In this document: positions 23,306 to 33,586 of the stretch, piece after piece
Layout: the number at the start of each line of letters is the position of its first letter
Numbering within the stretch: position 1 is the stretch's first letter
The notes under the pieces: model-generated
The model's database searches: none
What the model saw: the letters and a program-made list of their open reading frames with translations, nothing else
Told to the model about the DNA's origin: nothing
From: Macrostomum lignano
Lineage: Eukaryota
NCBI GenBank assembly: GCA_002269645.1
Contig: NIVC01000319.1
Coordinates: 1 to 64,000 of the forward strand
Length of the DNA: 64,000 bases
Reading direction: 5' to 3'
Made by a program: the position numbers and the translations under genes

Positions 23306-24000
23306 TTGCCCTTATTTCACAAAGCGAAGGCCCACCGAGCGGCATAAGCAAAAGAAAACAGGTGTTGGATTATTAGTGAAGTTGTAACTAATGCTACTTG
23401 CATACGAGGCGCAAGGTGTAGGCTAGAGAAAGTGGATAAAGTGGTGAGTAAAATGGTGAAAATAAGCATAGAGCATGGCTTAGGAAAGGGTATTAAATAT
23501 TAGAGTAAAGCTGTTGAAACCAAAGTTAAATGAACAGAGGAATAGCAAGGAGGATAAAATAAGTTTCAAAAGTGGCTTATTAAAGGGTTTGCTAAAACAG
23601 ACAAAGACAGATAAAACAGAGAATTTTCAGATGGACGAAAATAGGCAACAAGTAAAGTTAGAGGTATAAATAAAATTGAGTAAAGGACAGTCAAACGAAA
23701 TTGAGATTATTTCGTTTGACTGTTATAAAGAAACGACTGGGACGCAAGGTGAAAAAGAAAGCTATTTGTAATCAAGGGTGTGGAATGTACATTGTACGTG
23801 GGGTCGAAGAGATTATTGGCTTGGGGTGGGTGTTCGTAGAGCGCGTGAGTGTACACTGAAGCTAATTCAAAGGAAAGGATGGAGTCGCGTGGTATAATAA
23901 GATAAAAAACGATAGGGAGGGAATTTTCTAGTTCAGGTTTTGTCCGCAATTGTTTTTAAGTTTCGATATAGCTCGTTTATCATTCAAGTTAGATTAGTCA

Positions 24001-24255
24001 ATGGCAGGTCTGTCTTTGGGAAGAGAGCAAATTACAGAGATCGCGGCTGGTATTCTCCAGGGGCGTCACGCGTATTTCATTTCCATCAGCGCGGTCGTCG
24101 CCATCATGCTGCTGCTGCTGTTACTGCTAGTGGCGGCGTTTGTAGCCTGCTGTTGTTGCTGCAAGTGTTGCTGCTGCTTTGGCGGCTGCAGCCGCTGTTG
24201 TCGCGCACCATTGCGGCCCGCTGCAACTGCCCGTGTCCAGGAGACTGCGGTGTAA
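24001..24255 (+). CDS. Candidate antisense small membrane protein with cysteine string inside the LTR element (84 aa)
   Basis: ATG ORF; TM-like AYFISISAVVAIMLLLLLLLVAAFVA, then CCCCCKCCCCFGGCSRCCR. Lies over (GCT/TGC)-rich low-complexity DNA, so it may be incidental. Confidence 0.3.
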   Translation: MAGLSLGREQITEIAAGILQGRHAYFISISAVVAIMLLLLLLLVAAFVACCCCCKCCCCFGGCSRCCRAPLRPAATARVQETAV

Positions 24256-25029
24256 CTGCACAGTTGGTCTGCCAAGTCTTCTGCGTCCTTTGGGCGCCAA
24301 CGTCAAAACGGCCTTTTTCAAGGCCACCACGTGTCAGATAGTGCTGTTCGTCTTAGTTTTGTTGCAGCCAGTAGGGTTTCTGTAGTCAGGCCGGTGTCGT
24401 AGTTCGTAGTTAGCCGTAGTTGTCGGTAGCAGGCATGTATTCTGTTAATTCGGAGCATAGCAGGTTGTTTCCAAGTAGTAGATAGGGCTGGGCAGTGGGC
24501 CGGGTTGGTGTTGAACAGAGTCGAAGCTGAATTTCGGTCAGGGCAGCGTGTAGAGCCGGATTGCAGTGTAGAGCGGGACGGCTGTGTAGATCCGGGTAAC
24601 GCGTGGTCTTACAAAAGACCGAATAGGGATTATGAGGTGACGAAAGAAAAGATCATTGAATTCACGTGGGTGAGCAAGAGTAGAGAAGATGGTTCTGATA
24701 AATTTTTTCAAGGGTGAGTGATAGTAATTAAAGGTAAGCAAATAAAATGTAGGGCTAAAGCGTTTGACGACAACAGAATAAAACAATAATTTTGATAAGA
24801 GTGTTGAGAACTGACATTTCTACTGTGAGTAGCAAAAGAGTAGCGTATTGTCAAGGAAATTATCTAACGAAGATAGATAAGTTGAAGCGGAAAATGATAA
24901 ATTGCGATTTAAGAGGAAGAAAGATAAAATATATAATTATAAAACTAATAGAAATAATATAAACGAATATAATTTTCAAAACGTATCGATAATCAACTGT
25001 CCATCGATAATCAACTGCCGCGTATTGAT

Positions 25030-25870
25030 TCACACATCCCGTGAGCGCAGATGATATCGCACAGCTGGAATAGGTTCTAGTCCGTGCTGATCACGAGTGT
25101 CAGGCTCATCCACGACGTCAGTCTGAGTAGCGTGATGCTGTGCCAGTGGCGGGTGGTGGTCGAAGTGAGTCTGTGGTATCGATGATGTGAAGTTCGGCAG
25201 ATTGAGTTCCTCTTGTGGTTGAAAAGGGGAACGTTTTAGCTTGGAGGCATGGACTACGAATGGTGGCTCTGTCAGCTTATTAATATCCTGGATTAGCGCA
25301 TTCTGTGGGCTCAGCCATTTTAGAATTCGCATCGGTCCTCGGAACGGATTAGAGAACTTTGTCGGCTTAGTAGCAGATATGTCTAAGTAACAGCGGGAGC
25401 CTATGGTGAGCTTTTGAGCATTAGGGGCTTTTTCTTCGTTCTGTTTCTGGGCCCGTTGATCGGCTGTAGAGTGTAGGTGATGGAGAGCAATTTCTCTGGC
25501 CAATGTGATCGCTGAGCAGGTCAAGCTGATTGGTTGGATTTCCTCGGTGTAGATCGATATTTGATTTTCGAGGATTCTTGTGCTGGGTGCCAGGAAGTCA
25601 CGGGCGTAGAACAGGTAGAATGGCGATTCCTTCATGGCAGTGTGGGCTGCGGTGTTCAACGCAAGAGTCACTGCTGGCAAATATTCGATCCAGTGATCGG
25701 GCTTGTCGTGCACAAAGGTAGTTAGTGTCTGTTTGAGGTTTCGGTGGGCACGTTCTACGAAATTGCTGGATGGTTGATAGACTGATGTGTAGATCAGTCG
25801 GATTCCCATTGTGTCCATGTACTCGCGGAACTCCTTGGAAATGAACTGTGGTCCATTATCAGAATCAGAC
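25030..25870 (-). CDS. Integrase C-terminal half (second D, E, GPF module), after a 1-nt frameshift
   Basis: SDNGPQF...TSVYQPSSNFVERAHRNLK, WIEYLPAVTLALNTAAH...ESPFYLFYARD, KFSNPFRGPMRI, ending RYHLRSRDV. Confidence 0.9.
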
Positions 25871-27422
25871 AGGCCGGAAGTCCGGCTATCGCGAAGACAT
25901 GTCGAAACAAATGGTTGCAAATAGTAGACGTGGTTGTATCAGCCAGTGGTATCGTGAACAGAAACTTGCTAACACCACACTGAGCTGTCAAGATGTACTT
26001 GTACACATCTCGCATGTAATGAGCCGGTGGTAACGGTCCTACAAGATCAATAGCCAGGTGTGAGAAGACACTGCGGAATTTCATTGCTTTCTGTTCTGAA
26101 CGCAGTCGAGGTCCTGATTTGGCTTTTTGACAAATCTCGCATTTGTTAACGAAGCTTGTCACGTCTGCGTGGCAATTGGGCCAATAGTAGAATTTGCTGA
26201 GTCGGGACAAGGTTTTCTGAAGACCAAGGTGTCCTCCAAATGGAGAGGAATGGCATTCCTGAAGGAGAGCGTCTCTGTAGGCGGTTGGGATCACCAGACG
26301 TGGTGTCGACGAGTTAGGACTACGAGAGTCACCTTCCAATGGATCGTAGTAGAGTGTGTCGTTGGTGTAGTAGAAGTGGTGTAGATGTTTCGTCAGATGT
26401 TTTTGTTCTGTTTTCGATAAGTTCTTGTACATGGATGTTAGTACGTCGTCTTTTTGGTTCTGTAGAGTGGCTATCACTGTCGCACAGAATGGGTCTTGGT
26501 TTACTGCTTCGTGCAAGTTGTCAAAGGCTGGGATGGGATGTAAAGTATTCACACTAGGAATACGGGACAGGCAGTCGGCTACAGCGTTTGAGCGGCCTTT
26601 AATATAGTGGATCGAAAATTGGTAATCCTGTAGATGTAGAATCCACTTTTGCAGTCGTTTCGAGAGAGGCTGTTTGTCAGTGAACAGAGATTGCAACGGT
26701 TGGTGATCCGTGAACACTGTAAATGGTAGGTGTGAGGCGTATAGGAAAACATGGAGCTTCCGAATCGCCCAATAGATGGCATAGGCTTCTCTCTCAATGG
26801 CAGGATAACGTTGTTCCGTCGGAGTCAAAGTTTTAGAGATGTAAGCGACGGGTTGCAGATGTCCACGCGAATCGTGTTGAGAGAGGACTGCACCAAGAGA
26901 GTAGTCAGAGGCATCCGTATGAAGCACGTAGGGCTTTCGAGGATCAGGATGTACTAGTATAATATCAGTTGACAGAATCTTTCGGATGTTGTCAAAGGCC
27001 GTCTGTGTGATAGTAGTCCATTTCAAACTTTTTGTAGCCAGAGCGTCTTTGAGAGCACGAAGCAATGGTGTCACAATCGTAGAGTATCCTTGTACATGCG
27101 AGCGATAAAAGTTGGCAAGTCCGAGGAAGGACTGCAGTTGCTTAGGTGTCTTAGGTTCCGGGAAGTTCTTAATTTTTTCGACAAGCGCTGGTGCCGGTCG
27201 GATTCCATGTTCGGACACTTGAAAGCCTAGATACTGTACTTCGTTCTTTGCAAAGGTGCATTTTCTAAGCGAGATACGAAGACCGTGATGGCGGAGTTTC
27301 GCCAAGAAATGTCTGAGTTCACCCAGCATGCCATTAAAGTCCTTTGCGATTAGGAGTACATCGTCCAGGTAGGCGATAAGATTAGGTGAATCTGCTGTGA
27401 GTAGAGCGACTAGACGACACAT
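25861..27422 (-). CDS. Pol middle: RT palm/thumb, RNase H, integrase Zn finger and first D
   Basis: IAYLDDVL, KCTFAKNEVQYLG, LQSFLGLANFYR, HTDASDYSLGAVLSQ, EREAYAIYWAI, TDHQPL, SNAVADCLSR, H..GH...C..C, AIDLVGPL. Confidence 0.93.
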
Positions 27423-30400
27423 CAGCTGGGAGATGCGGCCAGACCCTGTGGCAAGCGATTAAACTGAAAAAGGAGGCCATTAGGTGCGATGAAGGCGGTA
27501 TATTTGGCGCTGTCTGGGTCTAGTCGGACTTGGTAAAACGCGTCGGCAAGGTCGCACAACGAATAAAGTTTGGCGTCGCGTAGGCGGTGTAGGAGGTCCG
27601 GTATACGTGGCGGGCGTATGCTTGGTGTTGTTAGAATTCGGTTGAGACGGCGAAAGTCAACGACAAGACGCAATTGGCGGCGTCCTTGTTCATCAAGTGT
27701 CTTCTTTTCGACCAGTAGACATGGGCTTGAGTATTCCGACTCGCTAGGGCTGAGTATTCCTTTGTGGATGAAATTCTCGATCAGTTGGTCAAAACGCTCT
27801 TGAAGACCATGTGCAATCGGAAAAGGTCGCGATGTAATTGGATGCGTATGTGGTTGAACGTTAATTGTGGCGGTATATTGAGTAGTGCATCCCATATCCG
27901 TAGGTAACAGAGCCAGCGTATCTCGGTACTCTAAAAGTAGGTCGCACAGTCTCGTAGCTTGTTCGGGTGTCAGATGCGAATTGTTAGGCCGTGTTTGTTG
28001 TTCAATTAGCTGGCGGTCGGTCTCAGGTCGTGCGTGCGAGGTAGAGATGGTATTGACTGTTGCTGTAGGTTTTGAAGTAACAGGTGTATATTCCGCGGGA
28101 TCGGACAGACTGCCTAATCGTGTTTGAGCATAGAGTGTTACTGGCTGTAGTGAAGGGTTAGCGATCTGTATGAGGATCGAATTACCCGTTTCATCTGTAA
28201 GCGTCAAGCAGCTTGCGATTAAGAGCTTATAGCGTTGAATAGTATGATCCTTTGGTATGAATAGGACAGGCTGGCGCTTTGGATAGGTCGTGTCGATATT
28301 CGCCTGTATCCAGGTGGTAGATTGAGCGGGTATGTGAGTCTGCTTTGGCAAGTAGACTTCAGCGACCTCAGTTGCTGTGTAAGTATTCAATATGGGAAAC
28401 GAAGTGCCATCGATTTGTGCTTCTGACTTGGCGTAGTCAATGGACAGTGGTATGCCAAGGGATTTAAAGGTTTCGACACCGAGAATTAGATCATAATCGG
28501 GTGGCATAGCCTCCAATATGTAAGCTGTGATTTTCCGATTTGATGATCCGATGATCATACTAAATTTAGCCTGTTTAGTTACGTTAAGAAGTTGTCCTCC
28601 TGCACATTGAACGCGTATTTTACAGGGTAAAATGTCAGCCTGTAGTTTCTGTGCGAAGGTAGGTGAAACGCAAGAGATAGAGGCGCCACTATCAATCAGC
28701 GCGGTGCACTTGCATTTGGTCATTCTTGGGCTTGTGCACCAGAGCGTGATGAGGGTTCGCATCGTAAGATGTTTCAAGACGGTGTTGTAGGCAACCGGCC
28801 AGTGTTGAAGTGTCGGGTAGAGTCTTGAATCTGTCCGTGAAGAAGTAGACGGTATAGCTGGCTGTCGTTCTTCGAGTTCCATAGGTGGAGCTGATGGGGC
28901 TGTCGCCTTTGTGTTTCTCCTAGAGGGCGAAGTAAGTACTAATGGTACTAACGACACGTGGTCGGAGGTAGTAGGAAGTCGCTGTGGGCTCCGGTTTTGT
29001 TGCGGTGATGGGTCGGTCGTTCGCATTACCATAAGGCGGTGTGTTCGACCATAAGTTAGTGTGTTGGCAACGCAGATTCGACCAATGTTGCAAAGGAAAA
29101 TTAGTAGTGCAGCGTAGACAATTACAGCAGAACTGAACAGAAACTTCTCCATATGATTCTGTTGGAATCTTTCCCAACTGAAGAAGGTAGATGTCCAAAG
29201 ATTCTGGTAAGCTTCCAAGGCGTTTAGGCCAAACTGCTTGAATTCATCCTTGTGGAGACGTCCAGTAGCGTTGTTTAGTTTAAAGACAGTGATTAGAAAA
29301 TCACGTGTTTGGATGAAACTTTCCATCATGTCAGTTATTGTTACTGGTGATCGTAAAGCGCTGTAGTTGACGTCTCCAAGTGGCGTGAAGATACTCTGTC
29401 TAATGTCGGAGTATAAGGACTGTAGGAGGTAGGTTTCGTCGGATCTATTTTGTGCTTCTATCGGACTAAAGGAGCTGAAGTTGGCTGTGGCTTTGTAGAT
29501 GAATTCACCCTTTGGAAGATAGTAGTCTCGTAGGTAACGGCAGGATATTAGTGGTGGTCTTGCTGTTGAGATGATCGATGTCGTTGTATCGAGGAATCCG
29601 AGAACAGACTTATTGTGGAGTTGAAATTGTATCGGTGGTCTTGTGTAGCATTCGTCTCGTGAGTATCGCGGTTGAACGAACTGGAACTGACTTAGTGGCT
29701 TACATTGGTGAACAAAGATGTAGCCAGCGATGGAGTGCGCATAAATGAATTTGTCAGCGAATAATTGACGCGCAGCTAGTGTCGGATTGGTATAGTATAG
29801 GTTGCGACTATAGCGAAGATTCAAAGCGTACATCTTGCACTGCGTAGTCGTCAGTTGAGTGTGTAGTTTCTTGAGATCGAGTAGAGTCTTCGATTGAAGT
29901 CCTTGTAGTTGACTGGAGAGAAGCTGTGCCGAAACGAGGTTTTCTGATAGCTTGAGTTCAGCGTTGGTGATGTTGACTGTTTTGTCTGGAGGTGGAATCG
30001 CGCGACGGATTCTGTCCTGATGTTCCAGCATTGGTGGTTGGTCGCGGTGTAGGTATGGTATATTAAGAGGATCAGGTTCCAGTATGGTAGTAGGTGTTGT
30101 AGACATAGGTCCAGGAGTTAGTTGTTCGGTGGTAATACCGGTAGATGTCGTCGTTTTCGTAGTTAGCGGACTATACGACGTAACTGTAGTTGTGGCTACT
30201 GTCGTTGGTAGAGTTGTAGACTTAAGTTGAAGAGATGTAGTGTGTTGAGGTTTTCTAAGCGACATCGTTGTTGTGGGTGTTTGAACTGTACTAGTCGCTA
30301 TTGTCGTAGTTGGTGGAGTTGTAATTTCCAGATTTAGAGGTGTGGTAGTAGATTTTTTAATTGTAGAGGTAGTGACAGTAGGCTCGGATGTAGGTGAAGC

Positions 30401-33400
30401 TGTATCAAGCGTCTGCTGTGAGGGTAGAGACGTAATAGTTGGAGCTTGAACTGTCGTCGGAATCGGTGTGGTTGACGGTTGTTCTGTGGTAGCCAATAAG
30501 TCAGGTAGTGAACGGCTCTGTCGAGAAGATGAGCTGCTGTCAGCTGTTAAAGCATCCGCGGCTTTGACAGAGCGTGTTGTGTTGCTCGTGGTGTCATCAG
30601 CTGTAGATTGCACAATCGCGATTGACTTTAAGAAGTCTTCTTCTCTGTTGTCGAGCACTTCAACGTACAGTTCTTGTTCGGAAACATATAGTCGTTTCGT
30701 TCCAATTGAGCAGGTAAGGCGGAAGGGTTGAAGCGGCAATTTAAAGGTCAAAGCCAATGTCTGTTCTTCGTTAATGAAGAATCCCGAGTGTATGTTACCT
30801 CGAATTTGTCGGAATGGCGTGAGTATACAGTCCGAACGGCTTGTTGTTTTCCACGTAAGTGTCAGTTTTCGTTGGCCAGTAACGGTCAGTTGTTGTGTCG
30901 CCGGTGGGTCGAGAGTGTCCCATGCGTTTTGAAGGAGAGTTGTCGGTAGGTTATAGCGTTTCATGTTGTCAAAGGTTGTCTCAATAATGCAGCCTTGAGA
31001 TGAATAGCTACAGTGTGCCATGGAGAAGGCTAACGATTCCATTGGTTTGCTAGGAGAGGCGAAAGCTATTATCCCTTGTATGAGTGTTGAAACTATTTGA
31101 GTTCGTGCCTTGCGATGGTAACAGTCTTCGAGGAAGGAGGTTCCTGTATTGGAGCGAGAGATTTTGTAGTTTCCAGTGGTGGCAACCAGTTGAAGCTGAC
31201 CATCAGGTGAGTTATATGATTCGGTCCAATGTTGGCAATCTTGTGCGGCGACTGTAAGTGGGCGTAAGGTTACGTACGCATCACGGAGAGAGCGCAGAAC
31301 CTGGCTCATTGGGAGGCAATTAACCGAGATTTCCTCACGGAAGCATAAGCTGACTGGTGTTCTGGTTTGCTCCAGGTTAGTAGAGTAGAGCTGTAAGTGC
31401 ACTGGTGTCGTAACGTCCTGTGACGACGTGAACTGTTCGCATCTGATCTGCTGAGGAATCTTGAAGATGCGCACGGGTCCATCTAATGGACAGAGCATTG
31501 GTGTGTCCACGTAGAGTGGATGTTGCTTAGGATTCGATGGCAGTGGTGTTGTCTGCACCGTCGGGAATAGCGATAGCCAGATGAGTGTCACGAGAAGCGT
31601 CGTTAGACCAGTTAGTCGACGTCCTTTCTGCTGAGACAGTGGTCTTTTTACGTGTACCTGCTGTCGCTGGGCACGTAGCATATCTTTTCTTAGCTTTGGT
31701 TGAGCGGCTGATAGCGTAGTGTACGGTTGAACGTGGATGACTGACAGTGTAGATGGACTGTCGCGGATTAATTTCTTAAACTGCCTGGTCGAGCCATGGA
31801 ACTTGTACTCAATTGGTCTGTCCAAAGCATAGGTTGGAGTAGCCGTTGATTTTGCCACAGGAACCTCAGTGAGACGCTGTGGAGCACTGGGTGTGCTGTT
31901 CGGTGGCACAATTTGTTGAGGCGAGTCCATAGTCGGCAGTTGTGGCATGGGGTCGTTCGAGACAACCTGAATTGAGTTTACACCGGCTGCAGGAGGGCGC
32001 GGTGACGGTGTTCTGGAACGTCCGTGGTTTGGTGAATCAGAGTGGCGTTCCCGTTGATATCGTTGAGTGGGGTTGCGCTGAAATTGTACGCGCCGGCCTA
32101 GATTATACCGCTGTGGGTTATTGTTTGTTGTTCTCCCCTGTTTAATATCGTGTAGGGTACGACATTCTTCGGTATCATGGGTGTCCGAGTTGTGAAAGTG
32201 GCAGTATTTGGCTGGAGAGCCTGTGTCTCGGCTGCGAGGATCATCGGAGCCTCGTCTGTACCGGTCTTGAATCGGTTGATTGCGTGTCCACTTAGAGTCA
32301 GCCTGTCTTGGTTGTCTAGCATTGGCAGTTTGTTGGCGTGCATTTCGAGGATCCTGGTAGCATCGATCTGTTGTGTGTCCAATCCTGTGGCAGAATTTGC
32401 ACGTTGGTGGTTCTCTAGTATTGCTAGCGCCTTGAATAGCCGCTACTATTGGCTTGGGCTTGATGGTTCCACATTCTAAGGCAGCAAGGCGTTTTTCTAT
32501 ATCGGCCGGAACGTTGTTTGGGGCCGTTAATTGTGAAGACTGCTGTATTTGTTCAAGGCGAATGGCCTGGTTGAGCAGCTGTTGTTCGGTATTCAGCGGG
32601 TTTCGCAGTAGTTCAACGCGAAGGTGAGGTAGAGCGCCACTTAGTATATGGCCGATCAATGTTTTGTTAAACATTTCATTTCGTTGGTCAATGACCGCTT
32701 GGTTAGCCGGTGCATTTTCGCCATCCACGGGTGGTAGTGGCGAGACTTCTGGGTATATGGCACGAAGTTTGCGGCGAATGTCCGTGTAGTACTGGATGAA
32801 TGGCTCACCCGGGAGTTGTCGGCGGTTGGCGATGTGATGTAGTGCCGAAGTGGATCCGAGAGTGAGTACCGCTATTCTGTCGGACAGAGACCGAACTAAT
32901 TGGGTGTAGTCATTTTGTGTCTCGGCGGGTAGAGCGGCATATTCGATCTTTAGGAGATCGTTGAGGAGCCGAGGAAAGATGCGAAGCTTTGAGTTTTCAT
33001 CTAGATTAAAAGTTCTCGCTGATAGATCATACTCCATGATGAAAGAGGCAAAATCATGAAGTTGATCTATCTCCTTGAGACCTTCGCGGATCTCGTTGAT
33101 GGTACTAGCTGGGATTGCAGCGTGTGGTCTTTGTTGATCTCGCACAGCATTGATAAATTGTTGCATTAGTGCTTCTGCCATTGTAACGTTGCTCTCAGTT
33201 TCCTGGATATTGGCGTTATTTTGATTCAAATGATCAGGTTGCAGAAGTGGCTGTGGAGGATGTTGTTCTTGTTGCTGCTCGTACAACTCAGAAGGTTGTT
33301 CTTCGTCTCTGGTGCCGATGGCAGTGTTTTCTTGATGGAGGCCAGGTAGATGGCAAAATGTAGCTGGGGTAGCTGTTTGTGTTAGTTGCTGTTGGGTGTC

Positions 33401-33586
33401 GTCAGTATGGTGTCCTCCAATGCCAGTAGAATGTCCACCAATACCAGTAGAATGTCCACAAATGCCAGTAGAATCACCAGAAATATCAATAGGATTTTCA
33501 GCGACACCGGCAGAATTTGGTGTGGATATTGCAGGCGGCTCTTGTTGTTGTTGTTGTCCGAGTTGGGTACCAGAACGCAATTTCAT
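27422..33586 (-). CDS. 2054-aa ORF: Gag - internal signal - envelope-like glycoprotein - TM - aspartic protease - RT N-terminus
   Basis: Gag with CKFCHRIGHTTDRC (32360-32401) and CHFHNSDTHDTEEC (32162-32203); hydrophobic LTGLTTLLVTLIWLSLFP (~31555-31615); Cys-rich ectodomain, Thr-rich stretch, RIRR (30002-30013); TM FLFSSAVIVYAALLIFLC (~29085-29145); LIDSGAS (28685-28693); SPCLLVEKK, LRLVVDFRRLN, DLADAFYQV, FNRLPQGL. Confidence 0.93.
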   Translation of the reverse strand: MKLRSGTQLGQQQQQEPPAISTPNSAGVAENPIDISGDSTGICGHSTGIGGHSTGIGGHHTDDTQQQLTQTATPATFCHLPGLHQENTAIGTRDEEQPSELYEQQQEQHPPQPLLQPDHLNQNNANIQETESNVTMAEALMQQFINAVRDQQRPHAAIPASTINEIREGLKEIDQLHDFASFIMEYDLSARTFNLDENSKLRIFPRLLNDLLKIEYAALPAETQNDYTQLVRSLSDRIAVLTLGSTSALHHIANRRQLPGEPFIQYYTDIRRKLRAIYPEVSPLPPVDGENAPANQAVIDQRNEMFNKTLIGHILSGALPHLRVELLRNPLNTEQQLLNQAIRLEQIQQSSQLTAPNNVPADIEKRLAALECGTIKPKPIVAAIQGASNTREPPTCKFCHRIGHTTDRCYQDPRNARQQTANARQPRQADSKWTRNQPIQDRYRRGSDDPRSRDTGSPAKYCHFHNSDTHDTEECRTLHDIKQGRTTNNNPQRYNLGRRVQFQRNPTQRYQRERHSDSPNHGRSRTPSPRPPAAGVNSIQVVSNDPMPQLPTMDSPQQIVPPNSTPSAPQRLTEVPVAKSTATPTYALDRPIEYKFHGSTRQFKKLIRDSPSTLSVIHVQPYTTLSAAQPKLRKDMLRAQRQQVHVKRPLSQQKGRRLTGLTTLLVTLIWLSLFPTVQTTPLPSNPKQHPLYVDTPMLCPLDGPVRIFKIPQQIRCEQFTSSQDVTTPVHLQLYSTNLEQTRTPVSLCFREEISVNCLPMSQVLRSLRDAYVTLRPLTVAAQDCQHWTESYNSPDGQLQLVATTGNYKISRSNTGTSFLEDCYHRKARTQIVSTLIQGIIAFASPSKPMESLAFSMAHCSYSSQGCIIETTFDNMKRYNLPTTLLQNAWDTLDPPATQQLTVTGQRKLTLTWKTTSRSDCILTPFRQIRGNIHSGFFINEEQTLALTFKLPLQPFRLTCSIGTKRLYVSEQELYVEVLDNREEDFLKSIAIVQSTADDTTSNTTRSVKAADALTADSSSSSRQSRSLPDLLATTEQPSTTPIPTTVQAPTITSLPSQQTLDTASPTSEPTVTTSTIKKSTTTPLNLEITTPPTTTIATSTVQTPTTTMSLRKPQHTTSLQLKSTTLPTTVATTTVTSYSPLTTKTTTSTGITTEQLTPGPMSTTPTTILEPDPLNIPYLHRDQPPMLEHQDRIRRAIPPPDKTVNITNAELKLSENLVSAQLLSSQLQGLQSKTLLDLKKLHTQLTTTQCKMYALNLRYSRNLYYTNPTLAARQLFADKFIYAHSIAGYIFVHQCKPLSQFQFVQPRYSRDECYTRPPIQFQLHNKSVLGFLDTTTSIISTARPPLISCRYLRDYYLPKGEFIYKATANFSSFSPIEAQNRSDETYLLQSLYSDIRQSIFTPLGDVNYSALRSPVTITDMMESFIQTRDFLITVFKLNNATGRLHKDEFKQFGLNALEAYQNLWTSTFFSWERFQQNHMEKFLFSSAVIVYAALLIFLCNIGRICVANTLTYGRTHRLMVMRTTDPSPQQNRSPQRLPTTSDHVSLVPLVLTSPSRRNTKATAPSAPPMELEERQPAIPSTSSRTDSRLYPTLQHWPVAYNTVLKHLTMRTLITLWCTSPRMTKCKCTALIDSGASISCVSPTFAQKLQADILPCKIRVQCAGGQLLNVTKQAKFSMIIGSSNRKITAYILEAMPPDYDLILGVETFKSLGIPLSIDYAKSEAQIDGTSFPILNTYTATEVAEVYLPKQTHIPAQSTTWIQANIDTTYPKRQPVLFIPKDHTIQRYKLLIASCLTLTDETGNSILIQIANPSLQPVTLYAQTRLGSLSDPAEYTPVTSKPTATVNTISTSHARPETDRQLIEQQTRPNNSHLTPEQATRLCDLLLEYRDTLALLPTDMGCTTQYTATINVQPHTHPITSRPFPIAHGLQERFDQLIENFIHKGILSPSESEYSSPCLLVEKKTLDEQGRRQLRLVVDFRRLNRILTTPSIRPPRIPDLLHRLRDAKLYSLCDLADAFYQVRLDPDSAKYTAFIAPNGLLFQFNRLPQGLAASPS

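Noticed and set aside
27420-27424. Programmed termination-reinitiation at TGATG
   Set aside because: Falls inside the RT catalytic core just before YLDD; a split there would not give a normal RT, so a 1-nt loss is more parsimonious.
33418-33480. 3 x 21-bp HSTGIGG repeat at the Gag N-terminus
   Set aside because: Ordinary short expansion in a disordered Gag leader.
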